A stretch of 64,000 nucleotides of DNA from Antedon mediterranea (taxonomy: Eukaryota; Animalia; Echinodermata): contig NC_092673.1 in NCBI RefSeq assembly GCF_964355755.1, positions 11,132,948 to 11,196,947 on the forward strand, read 5' to 3'. Position numbers and translations under genes: made by a program. Of the stretch, positions 50,780 to 62,405 are shown piece by piece (the first letter of the stretch is position 1; each line of letters starts with the position of its first letter). The notes beneath the pieces are model-generated. The model worked only from the letters and a program-made list of their open reading frames with translations, did no database searches and had not been told where the DNA came from.

Positions 50780-52024
50780 CTACACGAAACAAACAAACAA
50801 AAACACAGGTTAAAATGACAATAATTAAGGCAGGCCCGTAGCCAGAATGCATCAGAGGGGGGTTTTCTTGACACCAAGTATTTTGCGAGCGCAGCGAGCA
50901 ACTGTAGGCTGGGGGCCAGGGGGCCGCCAAGGGCCCCCGGTCGGGGTCCAGGGGGCGAAGGCCCCTGGAAGCTTTGGCTCTCAGAGCAATTTCGGTTGTT
51001 TTAATAAGCTTACAGAGACATTTTTTACCTACTAAAATCTGGGTTATGCAGAGAAATTATATAGTACAGTATGGAAGTTAGTAGTACTGATCATGAAATA
51101 CAGCTTTATTGTTGCAAAAAAGTATATTATATTAGGCCCTTAAGTAATTTCTTATCCTATAATTTTAAAAAACAAATAGTACCGTATATTTCGGTGTACA
51201 AGTCGCACCTGTGTATAAGACGCACCCATAACGGAGACTGAAATATTAGTATTTTTTATGTAGTCGATGCATAAGACGCACTTATTTCTAGGCCGAAATT
51301 TAAACATTTTACAATCAAAACAATGGTATTTTAATAATAAAACAACGATATTTGAGACATATTAGAATCAAATGATATAATTTTGTTTGATTGCCTTTAT
51401 TACATCGTAATCAGTCTCTACTTCAACTGAACGTTCAATGAAAAGGGAAATCCCCATATTGTTTCAGTTACGATGCACTGTGTGGGTAGGGCTAGCCTAT
51501 GTCTATTTAAGTAACTTTAATTTCATATTATTTAAATATATACCTTCTTATTGTGTGTATGACCATTATAAAATCAATCCAAATGATGTTCAGTTTTTTG
51601 GGCTGATAATGAACCAGGAATATCATGTTGGGTAGGCCTATATGAAAATCTTTCCTATTTCCATGCATGCATTACAGCAATATATGAGGAGAGAGCACTA
51701 ACCATGTGCTCCTTGCCTGGTGGCCAGCACTGTTGGCCATATACACTATAAGATTAGGGGAAGCTACTTAACACAATAACAACACACTCTTTTAGATATC
51801 GCTTGACATACGAACTATTGACTACATGATTATAAAATTATGTGATTGTTGACATAGAGATGTAATAAAAATAAACCACCGTGATCAAGGGAAATAGTTA
51901 TTGTGTAAATAAAATGTGACACCACCGTATTAATGGACTCTTCCATAAATGTGTTGCGCTGTGATGATGCTGCATGCTGCTAGAATTCAGAGAGAGTATT
52001 GCTAGGCCTGGGTAGAATATCTAA

Positions 52025-55000
52025 TAGTAGAGCAGTTAATGACATGAGCTGTGCATTTTATTACCAAAGCATGAAACTTGGCACAAAGTTTCTTTGATGT
52101 ATATAGATTCAAAATATCGGGGGGTGCCAAGTGTCCCACGTCCGGTATGGCGGCCATCTTGATTTCAAAATGGCCACCATAAAAACAAAAAATGTTCATA
52201 TCTTGGCAACTATACACATTAGAGACTTAATTCTGGTCTGAAATTGTTCACAAACTATATATTTCTATTTGCTCTAATGAAAGGTTTCGTCCAAAAATGA
52301 CCGGAAATGACGTTTCTTACAGTTTGACCTTTGACCTCATATTTGTATATCTCTGTAACTACTGGTCATTTTCAATCGATTTTGGTGTCATTTTGTTCAG
52401 AATATATACATTTATATTTGTAGTAATGAAAGATTTTCACATAAAATGACCGGAAATACAAATTATGACCTTTGACATTAATTTATTGATTTTTAATTAT
52501 GTGAATATACTGTATGTGGTTTTTGTTGGTCTAAAGTGCACCTAATTTTGAACTTTGACCTGATAGGCGTAATTATATTAAATGATTAATGGACTTAAAT
52601 TGTATATAGTACATAAAATTGGTAAACATTGTGCTTGGTGGTACCATTAGTTCAATGATGTTGGAACCTTCTGATTCGCTAAAAGTTTTAATAGTTTGAC
52701 AGAGGAAATAACATACATATTGAATACCGTAAAACCTCGAAAAGGTGATAGTATGAGCTTCTTTTCGAGACAGACTATATTTGAATGTCAAATGAATAGT
52801 ATGATGATCGTGTTTATATCAATATATTATTGATGACCTTACAAAGAACCCTTTCTATTTCAACAATCAAGCCTCAGTTATTCTATTGTTTTCCAAGTGG
52901 TAGGCCTATTTTGATTGCATCTTATTTTTGTATGCTTCCTCGGTTAATATGGTCCTAACCCTCCTTCTTTGTCTGTAGATGGTCTTATACCCCATTCTTT
53001 GTCTGTGGATGGTCTTATACCCCTTCTGTGTCTGTTGATGGTATTATTACACCCCTTTCTTTGTGTGTGGATGGTCTTACACCCATTTCTTTGGCTGTAG
53101 ATGGTCTTACACCCCTTCTTTGTTTGTGGATGGTCCTACACTCCCTTCTTTGTCTGTGGATGGTCCTACACCCCCTTCTTTTTGTGTGGATGGTCCTACA
53201 CCCCCTTCTTTGTCTGTGGATAGTCTTATGCACCCTTCTTTGTCTGTGGATGGTCTTACACCCCTTTCTTTGTCTGTGGACGGTCTTATACTCCTTTCTT
53301 TGTCTGTGGATGGTCTTATACCCCCTTCTGTGTTTGTTGATGGTATTACACCCCTTTCTTTGTGTGTGGATGGTCCTACACCCCTGTCTTTGTCTGTAGA
53401 TGGTCTTATACCCCTTTCTTTGTCTGTGGATTGTCTTACACCCCTTCTTTGTCTGTTGATGGTATTACACCCCTTTCTTTGTCTGTTGATGGTATTAAAC
53501 CCCTTTCTTTGTGTGTGGATGGTCTTACACCCCTGTCTTTGTCTGTAGATGGTCTTATAATCCTTTCTTTGTCTGTGGATGGTCTTACACCCCCTTCTTT
53601 GTATGTGGATTGTCTTACACCCCTTCTTTGTCTGTTGGTGGTCTTATACCTCCATCTGTGTCTGTTGATGGTATTACACCCCTTTCTTTGTCCGTTGATG
53701 GTATTAAACCCCTTTCTTTGTGTGTGGATGGCCTTACACCCCTGTCTTTGTCTGTTGGTGGTCTTACATCCCCTTCTTTATATGTGGATGGTCCGACACC
53801 CCTTCTTTGTCTGTGGATGGTCCTACACCTTTTTTTGTCTGTGGATGGTCTTATACCCCTTCTTTGTCTGTAAGTGGTCCTATACCCCTTTCTTTGTCAG
53901 TGGTGGATGGTCTTACAGCCCTTCTTTGTCTGTAGACGGTCCTACACCCCCTTCTTTGTCTGTGGATGGTCTTACACCCCTTTCTTTTTCTGTGGACGGT
54001 CTTATACCCCTTTCTGTGCCTGTGGATGATCTTATACCCCTTTCTTTGTCTGTTGATGGTATTACACCCCTTTCTTTGTCTGTTGATGGTATTACACCCC
54101 TTTTTTGTATGTGGATGGTCTTACACCCCTTTCTTTGTGTGTGGATGGTCTTGCACTCCTTTAATTTGTCTGTGGATGGTCTTACACCCACTTCTTTGTC
54201 TGTGGATGGTCTTATATCCCCTTCTTTGTCTGTGGATGGTCTTATATCCCCTTCTTTGTCTGTGGATGGTCTTATATCCCCTTCTTTGTCTGTGGATGAT
54301 CTTCTCCCCTTCTTTGTCTGTGGATGGTCCTAAACCCCCTTCTTTGTCTGTGGATGGTCCTACACCCCTTCTTTGTCTGTGGATGGTCTTATACCCTCTT
54401 CTTTGTCTGTAAGTGGTCCTATACCCCTTTCTTTGTCAGTGGATGGTCTTGCACCCCCTTCTTTGTCTGTGGACAGTCCTACACCCCTTTTTTTGTCTGT
54501 GGATGGTCCTATACCCCTTTTTTTGTCAGTGGATGGTCTTATACCCCCTTCTTTGTCTGTGGACGGTCCTACACCCCCTTCTTTGTCTTTAGATGGCCTT
54601 ACACCCCTTTCTTTGTCTGTGGATGGTCTTATACCTCCTTCTTTGTGTGTTGATGGTCTTACACCCACTTCTTTGTCTGTGGATGGTCTTACACCCCCTT
54701 CTTTGTCTGTGGATGGTCTTACACCCCCTTCTTTGTCTGTGGATGGTCTTACAACCCTTCTTTGTTTGTGGATGGTCTTACACCCCTTCTTTGTCTGGAC
54801 CCACTACTTTGATTGATTAAATTAGACATTGTTTCTTGTATGATTAGGAAACCAAGACCTTTAAAGTGAAAGTCCACAGGTGGATGTCTAAACAGGTCTT
54901 GTACAGAACAGTATATTGTAGGTCCATGTCACTAATTTGAGGATTACTTGAATAATTATATTGAGATGTCTTTTACGAATAGATTTAGTTCGGATTTTGC

Positions 55001-55729
55001 TAAAAAATCAATGACTAGAGAAGGCCCATTACCATAAAAATGGAGTACATTTTTTTAGATGCAACGAAAAAACGATTGGCACATCACAGTTTAGCAAACA
55101 AGTTGGCATAGATGAGCTCAGTGATCTGTCATACTTTATGCCGTATCCTATCACATCAAAAGTTAAAAATTCAGAATAATAATTCCGTGTCATTTATTTC
55201 GGTAAAACAATTAGGTGCATTTATACCAATTAAACCACATACAGTATGTTCACATAATTATATATATGTCAAAGGTTATAAATTGTATTTCCAGTCATTT
55301 TATGTGAAAATGTTTCATTACTACAAATATAAATGTCTCTATTCTGAACAAAATGACACCAAAATCGATTGAAAATGATCAGTAGTTACTGAGATATACA
55401 GATAAGAGGTCAAAGGTCAAACTGGAAGAAACATCATTTCCGGTCATTTTTGGACGAAACTTTTCATTAGAACAAATAGAAATATGTGGTTTGTGAACAA
55501 TTTAACACCAGAATCAAGTCTCTACTGTTTGTAGTTGCCAAGATATGAACACTTTTTGTTTTTATGGTGGCCATTTTGAAATCAAGATGGCCGCCATACC
55601 GGACGTGGGACACTTGGCACCCCCCGATATTTTGAATCTATATACATCAAAGAAACTTTGTGGAAAGTTTCATGCTTTGGTAATAAAGTGCACAACTTGG
55701 CTATTTTTATGGCGTTAACTGCTCTACTA
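52025..55729. mobile_element. non-autonomous Academ-type element, 3-bp TSD
   Basis: Termini TAGTAGAGCAGTTAA / TTAACTGCTCTACTA, inner IRs of ~450 bp, TSD TAA (52022-52024, 55730-55732). No coding sequence; family assigned from end architecture. Confidence 0.75.
52950..54800 (+). repeat. 29-30-bp minisatellite, ~60 copies
   Basis: Unit TGGATGGTCTTACACCCC(C/T)TTCTTTGTCTG. Confidence 0.95.
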
Positions 55730-56744
55730 TAATGCGTACTGTAATTTAATACAGTCGAGGATGACAATTTACCTTAACTAAAAATTCAATAAACTTGTTA
55801 CCACACTGTGGTTAGACAGGAGTGAGTAACTAGCTAGGCCTACATTGCAGAGTAGTAGGCCTACACTATTTTTAATTAATTTAAGTATTAGTAGGTAATT
55901 AAATTAATTAGGGTTACATTTAGAGGTCAAATTTGCGTGTCAAAAGTGCGTCTTATACACCGAAATATACGGTAGGCCTACGTACACGTACCAATTTAAC
56001 TCAGCACCATTTTTATTCAAGTTTAAACAGTGAAATTCTTTGGTTTAATGAAAAATATTTCCAGGAAAAAAATAAAAATCCCCAAAAAGATTGAACTGAA
56101 CTGAACGTGATCTTGTGCGTTCCGAAAAGCCCGGCCGAAGCACGCGATTGGTCAGTCCATTTTTCTGTCATATTTAGTAACCATCATCTCTCAACAATCT
56201 CTCGATATCACGCTCAGCAGTGACTTTGACATCGGACAATCTGTATATTCGATCGATTTAAACATAGTCAATAGAAGTAAAATGACCAAAAAATCTGCTA
56301 TAATTGATAATTAATTGCACGATTTTGGAAGTGGGGCCTTTGTTTTTCAAGGGGGGTTCGCTGGTAAAAGGGGGGTTCGCGCAAAAGGGGGGGTTCGCCC
56401 GAACCCCAAAAAAACCCCCTGGCTACGGGCCTGTAAGGCACCAGTAATAAAGGAGTAATGCGCAGAATTTTGGGTTTGTAACTGCTTTTTTGTGTGTTAA
56501 GACATAGAGATGTTTTGGCTATTTTGGTGCTATGACCATGCTAGTTAATGCCATGCTAGTTAATGCTAGTTGTTCCATTATTGGTCAAAATAGACAGTGG
56601 GACTGTTATGCTATTGAAGTCCAAGGGTTAAGTGTTACAGCTATAGCAGCTATAGCTCGGAAAGCAGTTGTGGTTGCTACTGATATGCTATTGAAGTGTT
56701 ACTGCTATTAGAAAGCAGTGTGGTCGCTACTGATATCTCAAAGA

Positions 56745-56932
56745 ATTCGATCCAACTCGGCCCTAAACCGTCTCGGCCAAAGTCAAGTCGGCCCCACGTC
56801 AATTAGTCGGCCCAAGTCAAGTCGGCCCCAAGTCAACACTGCCCCACGTCAACTCGGCCTCAAGTCAACTCGGCCTCAAGTCAACTCGGCCTCACGTCAA
56901 CTCGGCCAGAAACTAATCCGTCAACTCGGCCT
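56745..56932 (+). repeat. 15-17-bp GTCAACTCGGCC tandem repeats (subterminal repeats of a DNA element end)
   Basis: Repeated CAACTCGGCC/AAGTCGGCCC units; partner end not seen. Confidence 0.6.
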
Positions 56933-57554
56933 CTACAAACTATGGAACGCAAAAAGTGCTAATATAGTGGTTAATATTATAATGGCAAGATAAATAAAAC
57001 ATCACAGTACGGTTAGGACTAGGGCCTACATAATAGACGAAATAAAACGAAAAATTCAATATAAATTACACACACACACTGGGCCTGATCGTTTTTCGTT
57101 TTTGATAGGTAGTATTTATTTATATTGTTTGAAATAAATAAATAAATATTTCTTCACATTTTGTATACAGAAATAACTGTCGAAGAAGACATTTTAATGA
57201 ATAGGCCTAAATATAGGCCGAATAAAATAACATTAAAATCATAACAAATCAAAAGGCAAGAATACAAATTGTATAAGCATTATGGGTATAGGTTAGATGC
57301 ACACACACCCAAACATGAATGTGCATTATTTTCAATTAGGCGCGCCTTACGGGTTTTTTTTGTATGACATTTTTATTTTCATTTCGTTTCTACTTCATAA
57401 TTAATACGGTACACCATGGGAAGAGAGAAATTTGCTTCTATGACAGTCCATGTTGTTATTTCTCTTAATTTTAAGGTACTGTTATTTCAAACATGATACT
57501 GACGTTTGTATATAACTGTTATTTGGCTAAATAACTGTATATTCTCATGACTAA

Positions 57555-57746
57555 AAGGCCTTTCACACCTGCTCCGGCACGGTTCCGGTCCGGCGACGGC
57601 AAATCCAATCGAACGTCAATGTTTCGTTTTTACGCGGCTACGCGCATATCGATTGGTGCTTGGCCGCGTGGAGCGTCGTGAAAACGAAACATTGGCGTTC
57701 GATTCGCCGGACCGGAACCGTGCCGGAACAGGTGTGAAAGGCCCTT
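57555..57746. mobile_element. palindromic MITE (AGGCCTTTCACACCTG TIR)
   Basis: Near-complete hairpin of ~190 bp. Confidence 0.7.
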
Positions 57747-57748
57747 TA

Positions 57749-58473
57749 AGGGGCATTCACACCTGTTCCGTTTCACGGAACGGAGAACGGCATCGTTTTG
57801 TTAGAAAATCGAAAAGCGTTAAAACAATAGCAGCGTTTACACCAAATCTGTTCCGTGAAAAATGAACGGCCGGTGAAAAACAACGGAATTGACAGATCTC
57901 TCATAACTTGTAGTTTATTATGTCAAGGGTCATGAAGTTAAAAAAGTGCGGCGGGAATTGGAGAGACATCTGATCACGAGGGGATGTGATTGTGATTTTA
58001 ATGTATTAAATTATGGATTCATTGAATTTGTCATGGTGTGTGTTGTTACTATCATCGGGAATCTTGTGCCCCGTTTTGTAATATCATCTTTAATTAAACT
58101 GACAAGATGACCGTATTGGTGAAGCGTCATTCTAAAATAATTGAAGAATTCGTCTTCATTGGTCGCTAGTTACGTTTTACCAATGTTTCAAATTGACCAA
58201 ACTTCTTTCTTTCGGAACAGACCTCGTTTACCCATTTTCTTTTCCTTCTTTTGGTTAAAATTATAGCGGAAAGAATAATTTCTTCCTCACTATCATCCGA
58301 TGACCATCCAGAAACGGCTGCCATTTTAACCTTTGCCCGTTGTCAAGGAATACGTCACAAAACGGAACAGGTGTGAATGTTTGCAACGCAACGGCGAGCG
58401 GCGCGCGTCACGTTGAAAAAAACGGCGCCGTCTTCCGTTCCGCGAAACGGAACAGGACTGTGGGAATGCCCCT
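57749..58473. mobile_element. MITE (AGGGGCATTCACAC TIR), TA/TWA flanks
   Basis: AGGGGCATTCACACCTGTTCCGTTTCACGGAACGG is inverted to CCGTTCCGCGAAACGGAACAGG..GAATGCCCCT. Confidence 0.7.
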
Positions 58474-59189
58474 TATAGACAAGTTCTATTTCCTCTGAAA
58501 TATGGTGCAAGAAGCATTTTTGGGTAGAAGCTGGGATCCACTTGATTTAGGATATTTCGACCACGAATATGGCGGATCCCAAGCGGAATTCGGCCATCTA
58601 AGCCCTTAATTTGCATAATTAAAAATGGCGGCCATTTTTTATAATTACCCTATATCTCGAGAACCACTAGTCACAGATAATTAATTTTGGTTTCAAAATG
58701 TTTTAAATATATGTTTTTATATTCACTTTAATGACACACTTTCTAAAAAAATGGATGCAAGTCTTATTTCTGACATTTTGACCTTTGACCTTTATTTATC
58801 GTATCTCAGTAACCAATAATCGGAGAGACACGAAATAGGGCTCAAATTGTTCAGAAACTATACATTCATATTTATTATAATGAAATGTTTTTACAAAAAA
58901 TGGCCGATTCTACAACTATTGACCTTTGAACTATTAGTCAAATATAATAATATAATAATAATAATATAACTTTGAAAATTGTGGTCTTATGAATTTTTTT
59001 TCTTTTTAAATTGTTTAAAACATGTGTGTTTCTATCCAGTCTAATGGCACATTTTGTACAAGAATGGCCGATAGTATGGTTATTGACCTTTAAACTACAG
59101 CATAGGCCTACTGTATACTAAATATAATATAATTGCATAACTATGAAATTATTTATACACAATAATAATTAGTAAAATTATAAAATTCA

Positions 59190-59700
59190 CTGCCATCAAA
59201 TATGATGTGTTATGATTTATATAGATTTAAAAAAAAATTGAACACGCAAGTTACATTTGTTGAAATTTGAAATTTGAAATTACCTGCCATCAATATGATG
59301 GTGTATGATTATAGATTTTTTTAAATGTGAACATGTCAGCTACATTTGGAAATTACCTGCCATCAATATGATGGATTATGATTATAGATTTAAAAAAGAA
59401 TTTAATCACGTAAGCTACATTTGAAAATTACCTGCCATCTCAATATGATGGATTATGATTATAGATTTAAAAAAGAATTTGAACACATAAGCTACATTTG
59501 GAAATTTGGAAATTACCTGCCATCAATATGATGGATTATGATTGTATAGTACCTGCCATCAATATGATGGATTATGATTATAGATTTAAAAAAGAATTTG
59601 AACACGTAAGCTACATTTGAAAATTACCTGCCATCAATATGATGGATTATGATTGTATAGATTTAAAAGAAAATGTAAACACGTAAGCTACATTTGGAAT
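59190..59700 (+). repeat. ~58-68-bp tandem repeats in the Academ 3' region (also 61240-61640 rc and 63120-63560)
   Basis: Repeated AATTACCTGCCATCAATATGATGGATTATGATTATAGATTTAAAAAAGAATTTGAACAC units. Confidence 0.85.
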
Positions 59701-60249
59701 GAACATGTTAAGGGCATCAGTTTAAGATCATTCATGCAAAGGTTTCCGTCATCTTTAGCGTTGTTTACAGCGGCATAAAGCTGTACATGGTAGTTTTGAC
59801 TTCTTGCACCTACATCTATTGGTTATGCATCGTGTCTTGCATCCACAATAAATCATCTCTAACGAAGCAGTAGGAATAGCTTCATTTTTCAGAAGCACTG
59901 GTTGAAGTTTACCATTAGATAGCTCCCAACCAAAATCTGTTGGTGATGGCAAATGCTGGATTGGCGATACAGCTTTTTTCCATACGAGTGCTTGGAAGTG
60001 TGCTCTTTTTATATGTTGGTGCACTGCATCGCTTGTTGGAGGTAATGCCTCTGTTTTTTTTGGTTTTTTTTAAAGCCTAACTCCATTGGTAATTTTAACT
60101 TGACCAACACCGTAAACGTAGCAAATGAATCCTTCCGATTTCATAATAACTTGGTCACTGATAGGTTTTCTCCCAGGTCTTTAATTAGTTCATAATTTTG
60201 TTTTAATACTTCCCATGCCGATGCCTTTGAGTGACCACTTAGATATGAA

Positions 60250-60304
60250 CAGGGAAGAGTTAAATTACTGTATGTATGTATTAATGTAATTTAACTCTTC
60301 CCTG
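60250..60304. mobile_element. 55-bp mini-MITE, 8-bp TSD (7/8 match)
   Basis: 19-bp perfect TIR CAGGGAAGAGTTAAATTAC; flanks GATATGAA / GATATGAG. Interrupts the Academ H3TH-like coding region. Confidence 0.75.
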
Positions 60305-62405
60305 GATATGAGGTAGTATTGCTTCCACTAATAGTGTGGAATGGAATCAGTGCTTTTGCATAACCCCCGGGCAAGGCTTGAAAAATGTCTTTTATATTAT
60401 AGATACTTTCTTTTTTTGGATGTCGCTGTCATCATCCATTTGGATACCATGCTTTGGTAGTGAGACACTAGAATCACTAGTACGCCTGTATCCCTAGAAG
60501 CAACTACAACTGTGTCGTATCGGACATTGGCAGCATGACAAGTCTCGTGTCCGATTCTTCATGATCTGCGACCAGAGACAACGTATTCGTGTAGACTTTT
60601 GATGATTTAACAACTGATTCTTTCATAAATCCACCAGCTGTGACAATTTCTTTGTCTATAGGAGCTTGACAAATCAACTCCTCTGATAGAAATCGTGCCA
60701 GATCTGCTTTATTATCTTGTAATGCCAAAAAGTTTGACCAGCAATTTGGCAGCGGTATTTCACCACTTTCTATAATTCGACGAATTGGTCTCTGTGTTTT
60801 GGTTCATCTTTGTCTAGTGGTGTCCTTTATCGACAGTTTTAAGTTAGGCATGCCATGTTAAAAAAAAAAAAAAAACCAGAGGCATTACCTCCAACAAGCG
60901 ATGCAGTGCACCAGCATATAAAAAGAGCACACTTCCAAGCACTCGTATTGAAAAAAGCTGTATCGCCAATCCAGCATTTGCCATCACCAACAGATTTTGG
61001 TTGGGAGCTATCTAATGGTAAACTTCAACCAGTGCTTCTGAAAAATGAAGCTATTCCTACTGCTTCGTTAGAGATGATTTATTGTGGCTGCAAGACACGA
61101 TGCATAACCATATAGATGTAGGTACAAGAAGTCAAAACTACCATGTACAGCTTTATGCTGCTGTAACAACGCTAACAAAGATGACGGAAACCTTTGCATG
61201 ATGAATGATCTTAAACTGATGCCCTTAACATGTTCATTCCAAATGTAGCTTACGTGTTCACATTTTCTTTCAAACCTATACAATCATAATCCATCATATT
61301 GATGGCAGGTAATTTCCAAATTTCCAAATGTAGCTGACGTGTTCAAATTCTTTTTTAAATCTATAATCATAATCCATCATATTGATGGCAGGTAATTTTC
61401 AAATGTAGCTTACATGTTCAAATTCTTTTTTAAATCTATAATCATAATCCATCAAATTGTTAGCAGGTAATTTCCAAATGTAGCTGACATGTTCACATTT
61501 TTAAAAATCTATAATCATACTCCATCATATTGATGGCAGGTAATTTCAAATTTCAAATTTCAACAAATGTAACTTGCGTGTTCAAATTTTTTTTTAAATC
61601 TATATAAATCATAACACATCATATTTGATGGCAGTGAATTTGATAATTTTACTAATTATTATTGTGTATAAATAATTTCATAGTTATGCAATTATATTAT
61701 ATTTAGTATACAGTAGGCCTATGCTGTAAAGGTCAATAACCATACTATCGGCCATTCTTGTACAAAATGTGCCATTAGACTGGATAGAAACACACATGTT
61801 TTAAACAATTTAAAAAGAAAAAAAAATTCATAAGACCACAATTTTCAAAGTTATATTATTATTATATTATTATATTTGACTAATAGTTCAAAGGTCAATA
61901 GTTGTAGAATCGGCCATTTTTTGTAAAAACATTTCATTATAATAAATATGAATGTATAGTTTCTGAACAATTTGAGCCCTATTTCGTGTCTCTCCGATTA
62001 TTGGTTACTGAGATACGATAAATAAAGGTCAAAGGTCAAAATGTCAGAAATAAGACTTGCATCCATTTTTTGAGAAAGTGTGTCATTAAAGTGAATATAA
62101 AAACATATATTTAAAACATTTTGAGACCAAAATTAATTATCTGTGACTAGTGGTTCTCGAGATATAGGGTAATTATAAAAAATGGCCGCCATTTTTAATT
62201 ATGCAAATTAAGGGCTTAGATGGCCGAATTCCGCTTGGGATCCGCCATATTCGTAATCAGCGAGGTCGAAATATCCTAAATCAAGTGGATCCCAGCTTCT
62301 ACCCAAAAATGCTTCTTGCACCATATTTCAGAGGAAATAGAACTTGTCTATACTGGTTGTATCACTATTTGAGACATAGTGAGCCGGAGGTTGCACCTAC
62401 TGTAC

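Larger units (their letters stand above)
51182..55972. mobile_element. Tc1/mariner (pogo-like) non-autonomous element, TA TSD
   Basis: TA-CCGTATATTTCGGTGTACAAGTCGCAC ... GTGCGTCTTATACACCGAAATATACGG-TA. Confidence 0.85.
50831..56433. mobile_element. non-autonomous hAT-type element, 5-bp TSD (outer layer of a nest)
   Basis: TIR CAGGCCCGTAGCCAG / CTGGCTACGGGCCTG; TSD TAAGG (50826-50830, 56434-56438). Subterminal block 50878-50975 is shared (rc) with the hAT at 9730-9830. Confidence 0.85.
58476..62350. mobile_element. palindromic Academ derivative: two ~1.5-kb inverted arms each holding the transposase 3' end
   Basis: Termini TAGACAAGTTC / GAACTTGTCTA; arms 58476-60082 and 60842-62350. LPPT..HIKRAHFQA.VW..FGW..CGCKTRC..CRC in both arms; the loop encodes NKADL, HEESDTRL, DTGVLVILV (XPG/PIN-like) on the minus strand. 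Confidence 0.85.

Noticed and set aside
53015-54820. Many overlapping ORFs (SLSVDG / LCLWMV repeats)
   Set aside because: They are translations of a 29-30-bp minisatellite; frames switch with unit length.
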